Source of the DNA: Tubiluchus corallicola
Lineage: Eukaryota > Animalia > Priapulida
NCBI GenBank assembly: GCA_030141605.1
Contig: JAQGDQ010001024.1
Location: 5,353-69,352, forward strand
Length of the DNA stretch: 64,000 bases
Direction: 5' to 3'
How positions within the stretch are numbered: position 1 is the first letter of the stretch; each line of letters starts with the position of its first letter. Below, piece after piece: positions 23,724 through 64,000 of this stretch. The notes under the pieces were generated by a model. That model saw only the letters and a program-made list of their open reading frames with translations, was not told where the DNA came from and did no database searches. The translations under genes were made by a program, and so were the position numbers.

Positions 23724-24424
23724 CTCAATGTGCAAGAGTTTACAATTTTTCTCACAAAGTTTAATTTTCGACTATCTATTAAATAATTCACAGGCATTGC
23801 GCCACAAAAATACATTAACAATTTGACGCTTTCATTTTGTCTAAAACCGAATATTTTTCTATAAGCAGTGTTCCATTTACAGGTGATCTCAAAGCTTGTG
23901 AAAGAACTAAGACAACAGTTGAATAATGCATTTCATGATGAAATGTTGTGTAAAATCAAATAAACTTTTCTTACATTCAGTTTTTATTATTGCTTCTTTC
24001 GTTGTAAAAACATTGTAATAACATTGATCTCGTTTCACTTCAAATCATGTACTTTGTTCCACTGTGCATTCGAGTTTCCACATGCCAATGTCTTCATAGA
24101 CAATAAATCTGTACCATTTTACAGAACAGCACCATTATATTCACATCATAACCCCACACTGGTCACTGAATACTAAATATATTCATGATCAGCCTGTGAA
24201 TGGGGTGTAAGACACTGGCTGCTTTTGGAGTACAATGCTCCCTATTCCTGCTGTGTTTGCACTGCAGTAAATCAATAAAGCACTTTCACTACAAATCTGT
24301 GTGCAAGTATACACAAAGCTTAAGCACAGACGGGGTTGCTACAAGTAAAATGATTAGGTTGGTTGTATAGTGGTAGTACGTGTGTGAGCGATGTGTGTAG
24401 CTGTTTATGAACGTTGAGTAATGG

Positions 24425-24511
24425 CAGGGCCGGAACTAGATGTGGCAAACAGGGGGGGCGCAAATTTGGACAAGGGGGCGCCCCGCTCGCTCCCCCCTAG
24501 TTCCGCCCCTG
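24425..24511 (-). mobile_element. 87-bp minimal hAT MITE, family C
   Basis: Same TIRs as 7309-7744 in inverted orientation; perfect 8-bp TSD AGTAATGG. Confidence 0.88.
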
Positions 24512-24599
24512 AGTAATGGCAAAGCTATAAGACTTGGATTAGGAAATAACACTTTTATTAAGTAACATTACAATATAATAAATGTATAGCAATGCCAAA

Positions 24600-24760
24600 A
24601 GCCCCTGATCTACGAGAGACGTCCGACGTCCTGTTCATGAGTGAGGAGTCTAACTCAAGCCCTGCGGCGAGTTGGTGTCACGGCATCCCTGTCAGCTGCG
24701 TGCGCAGTCTGACAAATGGGTCAGTTCGTCGTCACGTGACACCGCGCCTTAAATTTCCTT
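24600..24760 (-). promoter_or_regulatory. CpG-rich patch with palindromic E-box/CLEAR motif GTCACGTGAC (24731-24740); candidate SLC7 promoter
   Basis: Local GC/CpG enrichment in apparently unique sequence between the CCDC146 3' end and the SLC7 gene; function is inferred. Confidence 0.35.
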
Positions 24761-25282
24761 ATTTGGCTTGGCTTCATGAATACTCTTCTTGGCATAATTA
24801 TTTGACATTTAACATATTTTAACAGGTTCTCTTTACTCTACAAGCTTAGCTTGAACTTCACAGTAGTTTTTGCTTCTAGTATAACTGAAGTATAACCAGT
24901 TATCTCATAACAATATTCTAACAACATTGTTTCTGTTATCATTTCAATAAAATATATTACTTCTATTTTAGTTTATTTCCTGTTTATTTTACTATAGCTG
25001 CAAGAATGGTTCCGGTGTGTACTTTAAGATGAAAGTCAAGCAACATCTTGCATGGTTAGTAACTGGATGGATGACCACCTGAAAAACTGCTTGTGAGTGA
25101 TTTCACATGCAATACTGCCTCTTAATGGTTTTTCTGTTCGAGTGAGAATACACATATCTGAACTTTGATATTATGTCTCTAGAAGTTCTCTATTTCATCA
25201 TTTATTCGTTTATTTGCACACCTAAACACTCACTCAATCATACATTCAAATGTCCATTCATGCATACATACTCAATATTTAA

Positions 25283-25729
25283 CCCTTTCAGTCCCAAATT
25301 CTTTTTTTAATAAGAACAATTTTTTTGGCTTGGTACTTTTGTTCAGTATATCCATCTTGTTTGCACTTAAAAATTATTTTTTTCTACCTGTGCCCGTGTG
25401 CTAAATATAGCCTGTATCCCACGGGATACATTGGGATTCAATGGTTGCTAAACATGATAAAAAGCAAATGCTGATAATTTTTTAAAGTATTTAAGACATT
25501 TAGTATGCATGCTATGCTGATCTGTACAAAGTCGTCTCTAAAGTACTGTACCTTGCACAGGTTTTTATGCTATGTAGATTTTCTAGTTTGCCATTTTATC
25601 ACCATTTTTAGTCTATTGTTATTGGGTTAAATCAAAATAACTATTAACAGATCAAATAACTGTCATTTTATTAGTTTTAAAGGCAGAAAATATTCTCGTA
25701 TCCAACGGGATACAACGCGTATGAAAGGG
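25283..25729 (+). mobile_element. piggyBac MITE
   Basis: TTAA|CCCTTTCA...TGAAAGGG|TTAA; internal palindrome GTATCCCACGGGATAC. Confidence 0.9.
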
Positions 25730-26045
25730 TTAAATTAAAAGTTGAATCACTTGCCAACTCATTCTTTCATACATACAATCAAGGTAAGAAGAGAGAGAAC
25801 ATACGTAAGAGAACAAACACAGTTGCTAAGAAAACCCGTAAATTTATGAAATGTAAATATTTAGGAATATTTATTCAGATAAATACACGAGTTATTGAAT
25901 CAAAATTGTTTCACAAATAAATATAGCACTTTAAACAATCAATAATAAATGAACGACGAATAAATAAACCATTAAATAATAAATAATCAAGAGATAAAAA
26001 TGATACAAAATTAAGAAGTATTGTGAGAAAGTACAAGAATTGTTT

Positions 26046-63723
<37,678 letters not shown>

Positions 63724-64000
63724 CTAAAAAACATAGAAAATCAACAAAAACAGAAAGTATTTTTTACATATTTTGACTCCCAACAAGCCAGGACTAATAT
63801 TTACAACTCCCTGCATACAAAAAATTAGTTTGTTAAACATATCAGGATTGGACATAGGATTAGGATTAGGATTGGGGTTAGCATTAAGATAGGGGTTAAG
63901 GCTGCGTTAGGGTTGGGGTTAGGGTCATGGTTATTATTAAGGCCAGTGTGAACCTGAGTTAATAAACTTTAATTTGTAGCCAAGGTGGCTCCATCTAGCT

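Overview
AT-rich, repeat-dense genomic DNA from an animal, probably an invertebrate; the taxon cannot be determined from this window. Two spliced protein-coding genes lie in tandem on the minus strand. CCDC146 has 17 coding exons traced at 26046-63723 with GT-AG boundaries and consistent phases, and its 5' end lies beyond the window. An SLC7 heteromeric amino-acid transporter light chain (SLC7A9/LAT-like) has 8 coding exons at 199-12251, and its last exon lies beyond the window. Between them sits a young BEL/Pao LTR retrotransposon (1762-aa gag-pol ORF, frameshifted gag N-terminus) in a rearranged three-LTR structure bounded by a CTCAA target-site duplication. The introns hold hAT, piggyBac, Tc1/pogo and CACTA-like MITEs, LINE and SINE fragments, an antisense EFHD/swiprosin pseudogene fragment and many tandem arrays. 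The most unusual pattern is that several intronic arrays are amplified copies of the host genes' own splice junctions or exon sequence: about 56 copies of a CCDC146 donor site, about 68 copies of a CCDC146 acceptor site, a duplicated acceptor plus half-exon, and an SLC7 exon-1-derived pseudo-exon and satellite. All calls come from reading the sequence and from recalled family motifs; no database search was run.
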